33,791 bases of DNA from Octopus bimaculoides (Eukaryota). Below the pieces are notes generated by a model. That model was not told the origin of the DNA. It worked only from the letters and a program-made list of their open reading frames with translations, and searched no databases. The stretch lies in NCBI RefSeq assembly GCF_001194135.2, contig NC_068986.1, positions 72,296,516 to 72,330,306 of the forward strand, read 5' to 3'. Shown in pieces: positions 10,474-20,354 of the stretch. The position numbers and the translations under genes are program-made. The first letter of the stretch is position 1. Each line of letters starts with the position of its first letter.

Positions 10474-10914
10474 GACGGTAAGCTGGGAGAATCGTTAACA
10501 TGCTGAGCAAAATGCTTAGCAGCATTTCGTCTGTCTTCACATTCTGAGTTCAAATTCTTATTTCTTTATTGCCCACAAGGGGCTAAACATAGAGGGGACA
10601 AACAAGGACAGACAAAGGGATTAAGTCAATTACATCAACCCCAGTGTGTAACTGGTACTTAATTTATCGACCCCGAAAGGATGAAAGGTAAAGTCGACCT
10701 TGGCAGAATTTGAACTCAGAATGTAAAGACAGATGAAATACCGCTAACCATTTCGCCCGGCGTGCTAACGTTTCTGCCAGCTCACCGCCTTCTGAGTTCA
10801 GATTCTGCTGAGGTTGATTTCACCTTTAATCCTTTTGGGATTGATAAATAAAATAAGTACCAGTTAGATGAGTACTCCCAAATTGCTGGCCTTGTGCCAA
10901 AATTTGAAATCAAT
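10474..10914 (+). mobile_element. SINE family B split by an inverted insertion of a related SINE
   Basis: 5' part 10474-10558 resumes at 10790; duplicated target ttctgagttca(a/g)attct. Confidence 0.85.
10559..10789 (-). mobile_element. SINE family B subfamily copy, nested, with 17-bp target-site duplication
   Basis: TSD ttctgagttcaaattct (10542-10558) and ttctgagttcagattct (10790-10806); head ggcggtgagctggcagaaacgttagcacgccgggcg on the minus strand; aataaagaaata tail. Confidence 0.9.
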
Positions 10915-10990
10915 ATTGTTGCTGTTACTTTTGCTACTGTTGTTTCTTTTTCTGCTATTTCTGCTGCTGCTTATATTGCAGGTGCTAATA

Positions 10991-11200
10991 AGGCAACAAG
11001 CTAGGAGAATTGTCAGCATGCAAGAAAAAATACTTAGCAGCACCTCTTCTGACTTTTCACATTCTGAGTTCAAATGCTACCAAGGTCGACTTTGCCTTTC
11101 ATCTGTCCAGGGTCAATAAAATAAAGTGCCACTGGGATCGATGTAATCAACTTCCCCTCCCCCTTTAAAATTTCTGGCCTTATGCCAAAATTAAAAAGAA
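10991..11200 (+). mobile_element. SINE family B
   Basis: ttctgagttcaaatgctaccaaggtcgactttgcctttcatc...gtcaataaaataaagtgcc. Confidence 0.85.
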
Positions 11201-11228
11201 TACTATTGCTCTTTTACTCTTTTACTCT

Positions 11229-11620
11229 TTTACTTGTTTCAGTCATTTGACTGTGGCCATGCTGGAGCACCACCTTTAGTTGAGCAAATCGACCCTAGGA
11301 CTTATTCTTTGTAAGCCTAGTACTTATTCTATCGGTCTCTTTTGCCGAACCACTAAGTTACGGGGACGTAAACACACCAGCATCGGTGGTCAAGCGATGT
11401 TGGGTGGACAAACACATTCACTCAAAGACACACATATATACATATACATATACATATACATATGTACGACAGGCTTCTTTCAGTTTCCATCTACCAAATC
11501 CACTCACAAGGCTTTGGTTGGCCCAAGGCTATAGTAGAAGACACTTGCCCAAGGTGCCACGCAGTGGGACTGAACCCGGAACCATGTGGTTGGTAAGCAA
11601 GCTACTTACCACACAGCCAC
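11229..11620 (-). mobile_element. SINE family A, near full length
   Basis: Plus strand reads ...cccaaggtgccacgcagtgggactgaacccggaaccatgtggttgg...accacacagccac; (cttttact)n tail at ~11209-11233. Confidence 0.9.
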
Positions 11621-11647
11621 TCTTGTTAATATTGCAAATGTTACTGA

Positions 11648-11848
11648 GGGGGTGAGCTGGCAGGATCATTAGTACACCAGGCAAGATGCTTAGTGGCATT
11701 TCATCTGCCTTTACATTCTGGGTTCAAATTCTGCTAAGGTTGATTTTGCCTTTCGTCCTTTCAGAAAGAAAGAACCAGTTGAAGATTGGAGTTGATGTAA
11801 TTCCCTTTCCTTTAAAATTGCTGGCCTTGTGCCAGAATTTGAAAGAAT
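11648..11848 (+). mobile_element. SINE family B
   Basis: ggtgagctggcaggatcattag...aaaattgctggccttgtgccagaatttgaaag. Confidence 0.85.
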
Positions 11849-11880
11849 ATTATTGTTGTTAATATTGCAAATGTTGCTGA

Positions 11881-12093
11881 GATGGTAAGCTGGCAGAATC
11901 ATAAGCATGTCAGGCAAAATTGCTTTGCAGCATTTCATCCATCTATATGTTCTGAGTTCAAATTCCACCAAGGTCAATTTTGTCTTTCATTCTTTCGGGG
12001 TCAATAAAATAAGTACCAGTTGAACATAAGAGCTGATGTAATCGACCTATCCCTTGCCCAAAATTGCTGGCCTTGTGCCAAAATTTGAAAGTA
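11881..12093 (+). mobile_element. SINE family B
   Basis: ggtaagctggcagaatc...ggggtcaataaaataagtaccagttg...aaattgctggccttgtgccaaaatttgaaag. Confidence 0.85.
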
Positions 12094-12271
12094 TTATTGC
12101 AAATATTGCTATTATAAATATTTCTGTTGCAGTTGTCACTATGTCTACTCCTGGTATTGCACTTGCTACTTTTATTGCTGTTCCTATTGCAGCTGTTAAT
12201 ATTGCTGTTGTTAATATTGCCGTTGTTAATATTGCCGTTGTTAATATTGCCGTTGTTACTATAGCAGCTGT

Positions 12272-12660
12272 GGAGGCGCAATGGCCCAGTGGTTAGGGTA
12301 GCAGACTTGCGGTCATAGGATCACGGCTTCGATTCCCAGACCGGGCATTGTGAGTGTTTAATGAGCGAAAACACCTAAAGCACCACGAGGCTCCGGCAGG
12401 GGATGGTGGCAAACCCTGCTGTACTCTTTCACCACAACTTTCTCTCACACTTACTTCCTGTTTCTGTTGTGCCTGTAATTCAAAGGGTCAGCCTTGTCAC
12501 ACTGTGTCACGCTGAATATCCCCCGAGAACTACGTTAAGGGTACACGTATCCGTGGAGTGCTCAGCCACTTGCACGTTAATTTCACGAGCAGGCTGTTCC
12601 GTTGATCAGATCAACTGGAACCCTCGACGCCGTAAGCGACGGAGTGCCAACAACAACAAC
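12272..12660 (+). mobile_element. Full-length tRNA-derived SINE with (CAA)n tail and 12-bp target-site duplication
   Basis: A box tggcccagtgg, B box ggcttcgattccc; TSD tatagcagctgt (12260-12271) / tatagcaactgc (12661-12672); many CpGs retained. Confidence 0.9.
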
Positions 12661-12839
12661 TATAGCAACTGCTTCTTATATTATTACTATTACTGTTACT
12701 AATGTTGCAGTTATTCTCACATGGCTGCAATAACAGTTAGAAGTATATATTTTCATTGTTCTTGTAGAACTTGTTCTTGCATTTGTTATGAATTATTGTT
12801 TCATCATTAGGTCATCACTATTAGTGTAAACGACATTTG

Positions 12840-13145
12840 AATTGTTGTTGCTGTTGTTGTTGTTGTTATCGTTGCTGCTGTTGTTATTGCTGATGTTGTT
12901 ACTGTTGTTATTACTGTTGTTGTTGTTGTTGTTATTGCTGTTGCTGTTGTTGCTGTTGTTTTTGCTGATGTCGGTGCTGTTGTTATTGTTGTTGTTATTG
13001 CATTGCTGCTGTTGTTGTTGTTGTTGTTGTTATTGCTGTTTTTGTTGTTATTGTTGTTGTTATTGTTTTTGTGGTTGTTATTGTTGTTGGTGCTGTTGTT
13101 ATTGTTGTTGTTGTTACTGGTGTTATTGTTGTTACTATTGTTGTT
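12840..13145. repeat. Imperfect (TTG)n trinucleotide array
   Basis: Direct reading; gives the poly-Leu/Cys/Asn/Thr ORFs. Confidence 0.95.
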
Positions 13146-13744
13146 ATGTAACCTCAAGTTAGTACTAGTCTAGGAGACTACACTGTTTAGATAGTTGGTA
13201 AAAAAAACTACATATCTACAGATAGATTGTTCCATATGTACCATGCTTTGCATTGTGAAGGACCGTACTTCACACTTCAAAATTCTAATGGAGCACACCA
13301 TGACAGATTCAATATATTGTAATCTCTTCATGTTTGCTCTATTTCTGTACACCAGCTGTTTTTTCTGTTTATTGGTCTCAGGTCATCCTTGGTTGTGCAG
13401 ACCTATGATCAAAGGGCATTCCAGTCTTGATCAGACCATCTTTTAATGCATTTTCTGAGAACAAATCACCCAGTGTATTCTGCTCTCTTTCAAGATGGTA
13501 TGGTGCAATTTAAGAATAAGGAATTTTATTGCTATTTCTAGTAGGTCGAGTGACCATGTAGAGGCTCTTTTGAAGTCTCCTCCATATGCTTGTAGATTCT
13601 TATTGATGGCTACAGTTGATGGGAATAAGATGGAACCACAACTGTTGAGATTGCTTTTTCATTCTTCCAAGATTAAGCACTGAGATTGATCAAAGACAAT
13701 TCATCCATCCATCTATCCATCTATTTTCTCCACCCTCTATTCCT

Positions 13745-14000
13745 GGGAAAGACATTGGGATAGAGTCCTCAAGCACCCACTACATTGGATTAGAGTCCTC
13801 AGGCATCTCCTCCATTGTGTCCCATCAAAAGCAACCGTCATTAGACTTTCTGGCTGGATTCGCAAACATGACCAGCTGAGATTGTGGGTATTAATCCAAA
13901 CCATATTGTTTTTGGTCTAATCTGGTTGGCTTACCATGAGGAATCTGTCATGCAATTATTTCCTGTGACATTCTAATCACATGTCCTTAGCACCAGGGTT
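13745..14000 (-). mobile_element. 3' fragment of an RTE-clade LINE
   Basis: Minus-strand motifs W.*GHVIRMSQE.IA*QI..GKPT, RPKTIW and HNLSWSCLRIQPESLMTVAFDGTQWRR. Confidence 0.7.
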
Positions 14001-14199
14001 GTAACCATTTCATATGGAGAAGTTGTGTGACCTTGAACCTATGTCAAAAATCATTATTTAAGCTATATAACTCCTCCTGTTACAATGAGAAGAGATGTTG
14101 AAGTTGTGACTGTTGTTGTTATTATTCATTATAATGGTTTTTCTTATCTGTTTTATAGCTTTTGTTGTTTGTTGTTGAATTTGTTATCTTGGGTGGTGG

Positions 14200-14385
14200 C
14201 AGCAGTGGAGATGTAGTATTGTTGGTTGTGGTGACAGTGGGAGTAGAAGCAGTGTTAACAGACATTTCTGATAATGGTGGTGGTGGTGGTGGTGGTGGTA
14301 GCAGCAGTGGCTGGCGGCAGCAATGGCAGCATTGGCGGTGGTGATGGTGGTGGTGATGGTGATGGCAGTGGTGGTGGTGGTGGTT
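14200..14385. repeat. (GGT)/(GCA)-rich low-complexity tract
   Basis: Direct reading. Confidence 0.85.
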
Positions 14386-15124
14386 CTTGTTCTATGTACT
14401 CTCACCTAATGACAAAGTCTGCTTATGTTTAAAAGTTGAAACAAAAGAAAGAAGAAGGAAGAGAAAATATCTAGATTAATCTTGTTGTTTTGTTGTGGCT
14501 GTAGGTGTTCTTTTCTTTCCTATTTATCACACTATTTAGGTTCCCGTTTTGTTAAAGCCTATACTTTACATGTGACTTGTTTATAAATCAAGAAACTCTC
14601 CTAATGTTTTACAATAGAGGTTTGTTTCCACAAACACCTTGTCTAAAATTGTTGGACACTGATGATTACTAGAGATTTAAAAATATTTCAATTAAGAACA
14701 ATTAACAGAAAACAAACAAATGTTTCCATTGTTTCAATCAAAATAAACAAACAAGCTTAAGTAAAAAAAAAACACAAAAAACAAAACTTGCATTCTTATC
14801 TTCTTAAATTAAACCAACCCAATAAGATATTGGTACACTATTATTGTTACCTTAGTCTGTGACAAAACAAACTTTAAAGAAATTAAGGCAATTTCAAACC
14901 CAGTAAGAACAGAACCTGTTGTTATTGTCTGCTTTCTTAACTAACTCAGCTATCACTCCGACTTTTTCTCACCCTCCCTCCCTCCCCCATCTCTCTCTCT
15001 CTATATAGAAAGAGATCAATAGATAGATAGATATATAGATGGTCATGGTCACCGTTATAGATAGTAGTCTGTGGTGCATATAGTGTGACCATCTATATCA
15101 ACTCATATCAGAAGGCTGAAATAA

Positions 15125-15725
15125 TATATATAACGTGCCAGTTGGAAAAGAGAGAGACACAACCGTGTAGAAGGCTTATGAAAGATTTATTGCTATATTT
15201 ACATGCATCTGTGTGGGTTGTATGTTTACTGTTAACCATGGTGAAGTAGTTCACGAATAACACTATGTTAGAACCTGTGCAGTGTTGCTGGTGCTGTGTA
15301 CATAGAGATGTTGTTGATGACGTTGATGATGGTGGCAACGAAGATGGAGGTCACTGCGACGCTGTTCAATGGGTGTTGTCTGGCGTCGTTGCTGGAACTG
15401 GATGTATCATGTGGTCGGTGGCTAGACCTTAGAAGGTCTGGAACCAGAGACTCCGAGACGTGGCGAAGTTGAGTTTTTATTGCTGACAGTAGGCTCAAAT
15501 TGGGGTTTAGAACAGACTATCTCATGTGATCTTATTTAGGGACTTTGACTGATTAGGTTGCATATTGGCATGCTAGAGAGTAAGAGACAAATTGCACCAA
15601 TACTAACCAATCAGAGTGGTGGACACAATGGGATCCAAACAATGCCCAAAGGTTAGCTGTTATCTGCTACGTATGTATGTATATATAATAAGGGAGAGAG
15701 GAATTTCACTAGAGTGTATGCTACA
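15125..15725 (-). mobile_element. LTR-like repeat, copy 1
   Basis: Colinear with 16040-16975; starts TGTAGCATACAC on the minus strand; minus-strand AATAAA at 15186-15191. Left boundary approximate. Confidence 0.55.
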
Positions 15726-15760
15726 GACAGCAACCCTCACAAATCATTTTGTGGGAGACA

Positions 15761-15888
15761 GCCAATACCAACAAATCAGAGTGGTGGATATATTGGGGTC
15801 CAAACAGTTCCCAAAGGTTAACTGTTATCTGCTATGTTCGAATGTATGTATATGTAATAAGGAAGAGAGGAATTTCACTAGAGTGTAT
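15761..15888 (-). repeat. Partial tandem duplicate of the terminal ~130 bp of the LTR-like repeat
   Basis: ccaatac.aac.aatcagagtggtgga...aggaatttcactagagtgtat matches 15597-15720. Confidence 0.8.
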
Positions 15889-16039
15889 AATAGAATTGAA
15901 GGTTTATGATACCCATGGAGTATCTCCACCCATTATAATTGTTTTGTAGTTTCAAGGAGCTGGAACGGGTCGCCGATTTGGGATGAGAATGGTTCCTTAG
16001 TACATCACACGGTCGATACAATAAATATAAATAGAACAA

Positions 16040-16975
16040 TGCATATATGTGCCAGAGGGAAATAAGAGACACAACAGGGTAGAATGTTTAAGAGGAGATT
16101 TATCAATATGTTAACATCTGTGATTGTGTGTGCGTCATATATACAGAATAATAGACAGGCTGTTATAAGAATAATATGTATACATGTGTCTGTAGGCATA
16201 GACATATGCATGTTAAGAACATATAAGGATGATGATGAAGAAGAGACAGGGAAAGAGTCTATAGCCATCGAAGTGAGGAGTAAGTTCATAGACACAAGAA
16301 TGATAAATACCAGTTCATAGTTAATCGTACACGATAGTTGAAATATTGTATCAAGAAGTTGTGGCGATGATGCAGAGCCAGTTGCGGTACATGTTGTATG
16401 GGAAGTTGAGGCTGTAATGCTGCTACCTGGGTCACTTGGTACAGGAGTTCTCACAGGTTGTATATTTGCTGTTGATTCATGGTGAAGTAATTCACAAACA
16501 GTGCAGTGTTGTAACCAGGGCAAGTACGTAGAGAGATGTTGACGTTAGGAAGAATGGTGGCGACGGAGATGGAGGTTGCCGGATGCTGTTGGACGAAGTT
16601 GGTGAGTCTTCACATGGCTGCTGTTGTGTTGTCGCTGGAACTGGCAGTGTTTTGTGTGGTCAGTGGTTAGACCTTAAAAGGTCTGGAACCAAAAGACCTC
16701 GAGACAAGGAAAAGTTATGTTTTTATAAGAAGTTGTAGGCTCAAAGCTGGGTAGAAAACAGGCTGTCACACATGGCCTTATTTGAAGGCTGTGGTTGGTT
16801 GGGTTGCATATTGGCATGAATAGAGTAAAAGACAAATTGTGCCAATACCAACCACTCAGCGTAGTGGACACAACAGGGTCCCAAAATGCGGCCAAGGGCT
16901 AGCTGTTATCTACTACATTCATATGTATGTATATATAATAGAGAGGAGAGGAATTTCATTCAAGTGTATGCTACA
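16040..16975 (-). mobile_element. LTR-like repeat, copy 2 (about 330 bp longer)
   Basis: Shares gtgccag..gagacacaac, catggtgaagta.ttcac, tagacctta.aaggtctggaacca and gtgtatgctaca with copy 1; extra block at ~16125-16450; minus-strand TATAAAA at 16721-16727. Confidence 0.55.
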
Positions 16976-17009
16976 AGTATACACTACAGACAGATAGACA
17001 GATAGATAT

Positions 17010-17210
17010 TGTTATATTTCAGGATTGTCATTTTTTTTCTTGCCAAATAAACACATGCACTATATATTCATTCTTCACTCATTTATTATTGGTCTTATTT
17101 CATCTTATGTCCATTGTCTGGAAATTTCTTGTCATATATCTGTGACCTCTTCAGCAACTCCTCCATCCATGAGTATCCTCCTGTTCTGTTTAGCCCATTC
17201 TCTTGCAAGA
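17010..17210 (-). mobile_element. Interspersed repeat with a degenerate hammerhead-like motif (possible Penelope pseudo-LTR fragment), copy 1
   Basis: Homologous to 29990-30190; minus strand reads CTGAAGA (17154-17148) g-gtca..tgac aa GAAA tt TC cagac. Confidence 0.5.
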
Positions 17211-17224
17211 AAAATTCATAAATG

Positions 17225-17227
<3 letters not shown>

Positions 17228-17268
<41 letters not shown>
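17228..17268. repeat. (CA)n microsatellite
   Basis: Direct reading. Confidence 0.95.
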
Positions 17269-17269
<1 letters not shown>

Positions 17270-18285
17270 TTATGTGTAGTGATCTTTCACAGAGTGATGT
17301 TTTCTATGCACAATGTACAGTTACATCAGAAAGAGGTTTCAAACTAAGTCAAAGGTTGTGTACTTTAATTATAATTCATTAAAAATTGTGGATCATTTCT
17401 ATTGTATATAATGTAATTTTTTCTCTCTCATAATAAAATGTTATTTTGCATGGCAAAATGTTTCCATAAATAAGTCTGTAAGAAACTCTTTTATGAGAAA
17501 ATAATTGAACCCCATCAAAAGTTGATCACATGCTTATGAGATGTGACTATTATTTTAATATATTTTTCTCTCATTAAAAATGTTATCATAGCACAAGCTA
17601 CAAATATAGACAAATGAATATTATTTCAAGTTAAATTTAGAATTAAAAGCAAAAAATTGACAAAGAATCAGCATACTTGATCCTTATTGAGGCTTTCCAG
17701 CAAGATCAATGCATCACTCCTTGCACAAGATTGGTCTGAAGCCCAAACAATTGAAGAAAACCACCACGGAAATAGACATGGCAGCTAAAAACCAACTCAA
17801 AATGGCTGCGCTTGACAAGAGACCACTAATGGAACTCTTTTGCAGACAAAGCTTAATTTACTCTCTATTGCTTCACTGAGGCAAAGCATATAGGCCAAAG
17901 GGTGAAATGCTTGTGACCTTGAGAAACCTGCTGATGATATGAAGACGAGCTTGCAATATCACTAAGTAGCTCTTACAGTTTTGGCATGGAGCAAAGACTT
18001 TTCTGATGTTTATATTACCATATGTATGTGTATTATAATCTTTATGATAATGAATAGCAGAAAAACAGCTTGAGAATAGAGTTTATGCTAGGATATGTAA
18101 TCAGAAATAAAACACATGGGGCATGCATAAAAATATTTCAGACAGAGAAAGAAAGGAAAGCAAAACTATAGTTGTTATTGTTAAGCCTAGGTTAATCCTG
18201 ATCAAATAGCCCATGATCAAAGACATTCTCGCCACAAAGATTCAGTCTTTCCAGATATAGTTCTGCATAGACTATTTTGTTTGAT

Positions 18286-18412
18286 AGCTGTAGAAACTCT
18301 GCCAAATCAGATTGGAGCCTGGTGTAGCCATCTGGTTCACCAGTCTTCAGTCAAATCGTCCAACCCATGCTAGCATGGAAAGTGGATGTTAAACGATGAT
18401 GATGATGATGAT
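18286..18412 (+). mobile_element. 5'-truncated SINE with (GAT)n tail
   Basis: agctgtagaaactctgccaaatcagattggagcc...gttaaacgatgatgatg. Confidence 0.85.
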
Positions 18413-18663
18413 GTTCTTTTTATGTTTCTAATTTTTTTTGCAAAGAGAACAGAGTGTGATTTGAGAAAAAGATTTAATTGGCATTTCTAGCAAGATCCAC
18501 GACCACATATAAGCTTCTTCATTGGCTGGTAAAATTGCTTCTAAGTTAAATGTAAAACTAAAAGGTAATGTATCTAAACTGCAGAAGGTTCGTAAATGTG
18601 TAAAGGATATTCCATGCACAAATTATAAATCTAAAATATTCTGTAGTGTTTTTTTTTTTTTAG

Positions 18664-18709
18664 AACATCAATGAAAGTTAATGAGAAGTTACTATTTCTT
18701 TCTAAGTGG
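18664..18709 (+). CDS. Candidate 46-nt exon of an unidentified host gene (TSMKVNEKLLFLSKW)
   Basis: Poly-T tract plus tag acceptor; donor TGG|gtaaga; open frame ending in phase 0, compatible with 22529-22645. Confidence 0.3.
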
Positions 18710-19703
18710 GTAAGATAGTAGATTTCTAGACACTCAGCTAATAATGATTATGTTTGGTCAGGAAGTGTGCTGCTGTCTGAAATGAAAAAGCAAGAGTGAC
18801 TCAGTTGAGAACCAAGCAGCACTAAATAACTGATTTTCTTTGTGAGTTATAAAGCAAATCCACTGACATGAGAATGGAGAAATGACTCAGGGCAAAAGTG
18901 TAGTATTATTAAGGGTGTTGCTAAAAGGAAGGCTAATGTAATAGAGACTGGCTGTCATCAACTTGGTGACACATATGAAAGTTGTTTAGCCATGGGGACC
19001 GGGGTGGGGGTGGGGTTGTCAGGGGTGGATATAGTATAAATGCTACTGGACATGTAGGATGTAATTTACCTGACTGCTGGGATTATTTAAAAGAATGTTA
19101 TTATTTTCAACGAAGGAATGTCATTCCTAATGTAAACAAGTTAAGATATGTTAAAGAGAGGAAACTTACAAAAACGATTAATAAAAGCAGCATAGTAGAG
19201 TATAGAAGATGACATAATAGGTTTTGAGCGACATACCAGCACACACATACAATATATATATATATATATTATAAATGTGGGGTGGAGACTAAATTAAGAT
19301 TAACAACACAACAGTTACACATGAGATGACTGTATACTGAGAATAGAGTCAAATTCATTGTAAAATTCAAGTTGACTGAGTTTTACCTATATATATATAG
19401 AGAGAGAGGGGGGGGAGAGAAAGAGATAATGATGCAATAAACACACTTGGGCTTGATAAGCATAAAATATACATAGATACATATACACATGTAAATATAT
19501 ATACGTATATATATGTAGAGAGAAACAACAACTGATATTATTCATCAGATGAACACTCATGCATAAACATATAGAGATTTATATATTGACAGAACAAATT
19601 TACAGTACATACTCTAATAGAAATACTGACCAATTCTTCAGTTTAATGCTAAATTGTTTTTATACATAACTTGACATAGAAAGAAGCATTAATATATATA
19701 GCT

Positions 19704-19838
19704 GTATTCATCTGTCCTTATGTTCTGAGTTCAAGTTCTGTCAAGGTCGACTTTGCCTTTCATCCTTTCTGGGTGGATAAACTAAGTACCAGTTGAACAC
19801 TCTGAAATTGCTAGCCTTGTGCCAAAATGTGAGACCAA
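19704..19838 (+). mobile_element. SINE family B, 5'-truncated
   Basis: ttctgagttcaagttctgtcaaggtcgactttgcctttcatcc...aaattgctagccttgtgccaaaa. Confidence 0.8.
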
Positions 19839-19842
19839 TATA

Positions 19843-20200
19843 TATGGCCATATGGTTAAGAAGTTCGTTTTGCAGCCACATGATTTTGGCTTCAGTCCCA
19901 GTATGCAGCACAATGGCTCAATATCTTCTACTGTAACCCCAGGCCAACCAATGTTTTGTGAGTGAATATGAAAGACAGAAACAGTGCAGAAGCTAGTCAT
20001 ATATGTACATAAGTATGTGTATGTATATGTGTGTCTTTGTTGTTTGTGCTTGCCCCTCTCCCACAAACACATATATACACACCACTTGACAACCAATGTT
20101 GGTTTGCTTACATCCTCATAACTTAGCTGATTGGCAAAAGAGACCAATAAAATAAGTGCTAGACTTAAACAAATAGGTGCTGGAGTCAAATTGTTTGACT
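19843..20200 (+). mobile_element. SINE family A, diverged
   Basis: atggccatatggttaagaag...ttcagtccca...ccaaccaatgttttgtgagtg...ttggtttgcttacatcctcataacttagc. Confidence 0.8.
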
Positions 20201-20354
20201 AAACCTTTCAGTGTGTACCGAGTGCTTTTTTCATGCCATTGGCACTAATGAGGTCACAAAGTAACTTGCTGCAAGACAGAAAAAGAACATGGTAAAATGG
20301 TCAAGGAAAAATCCCCAAGAACTAAGTGTGAGTGGATGGGGTTGAGAGAGGAAG

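Noticed and set aside
9897-12093. Regularly recurring repeat-spacer pattern that might suggest a CRISPR-like array
   Set aside because: Units are ~200-bp diverged SINEs with low-complexity spacers in eukaryotic DNA; no cas genes.
12272-12345. tRNA-like sequence
   Set aside because: SINE head with body, tail and TSD; no acceptor stem. The same applies to the other SINE heads.
12807-13162. Poly-Leu, poly-Cys and poly-Asn/Thr ORFs
   Set aside because: Translations of a (TTG)n array; no other coding evidence.
17690-17890. Possible RTE-like 3' end (KPK..KKT...A.D.R)
   Set aside because: Key Trp residues are absent; cannot be supported by eye.
17929-17945. Other CTGATGA occurrences (about 17932 and 32367 plus; 19542 and 26553 minus)
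   Set aside because: No stem II followed by GAAA at a suitable distance.
18428-18619. Minus-strand 63-aa ORF (HLRTFCSLDTLPFSFTFNLEAILPANEEAYMWSW...)
   Set aside because: Protein-like but no recognisable homology, a stop just upstream, only a moderate acceptor and no partner exon found.
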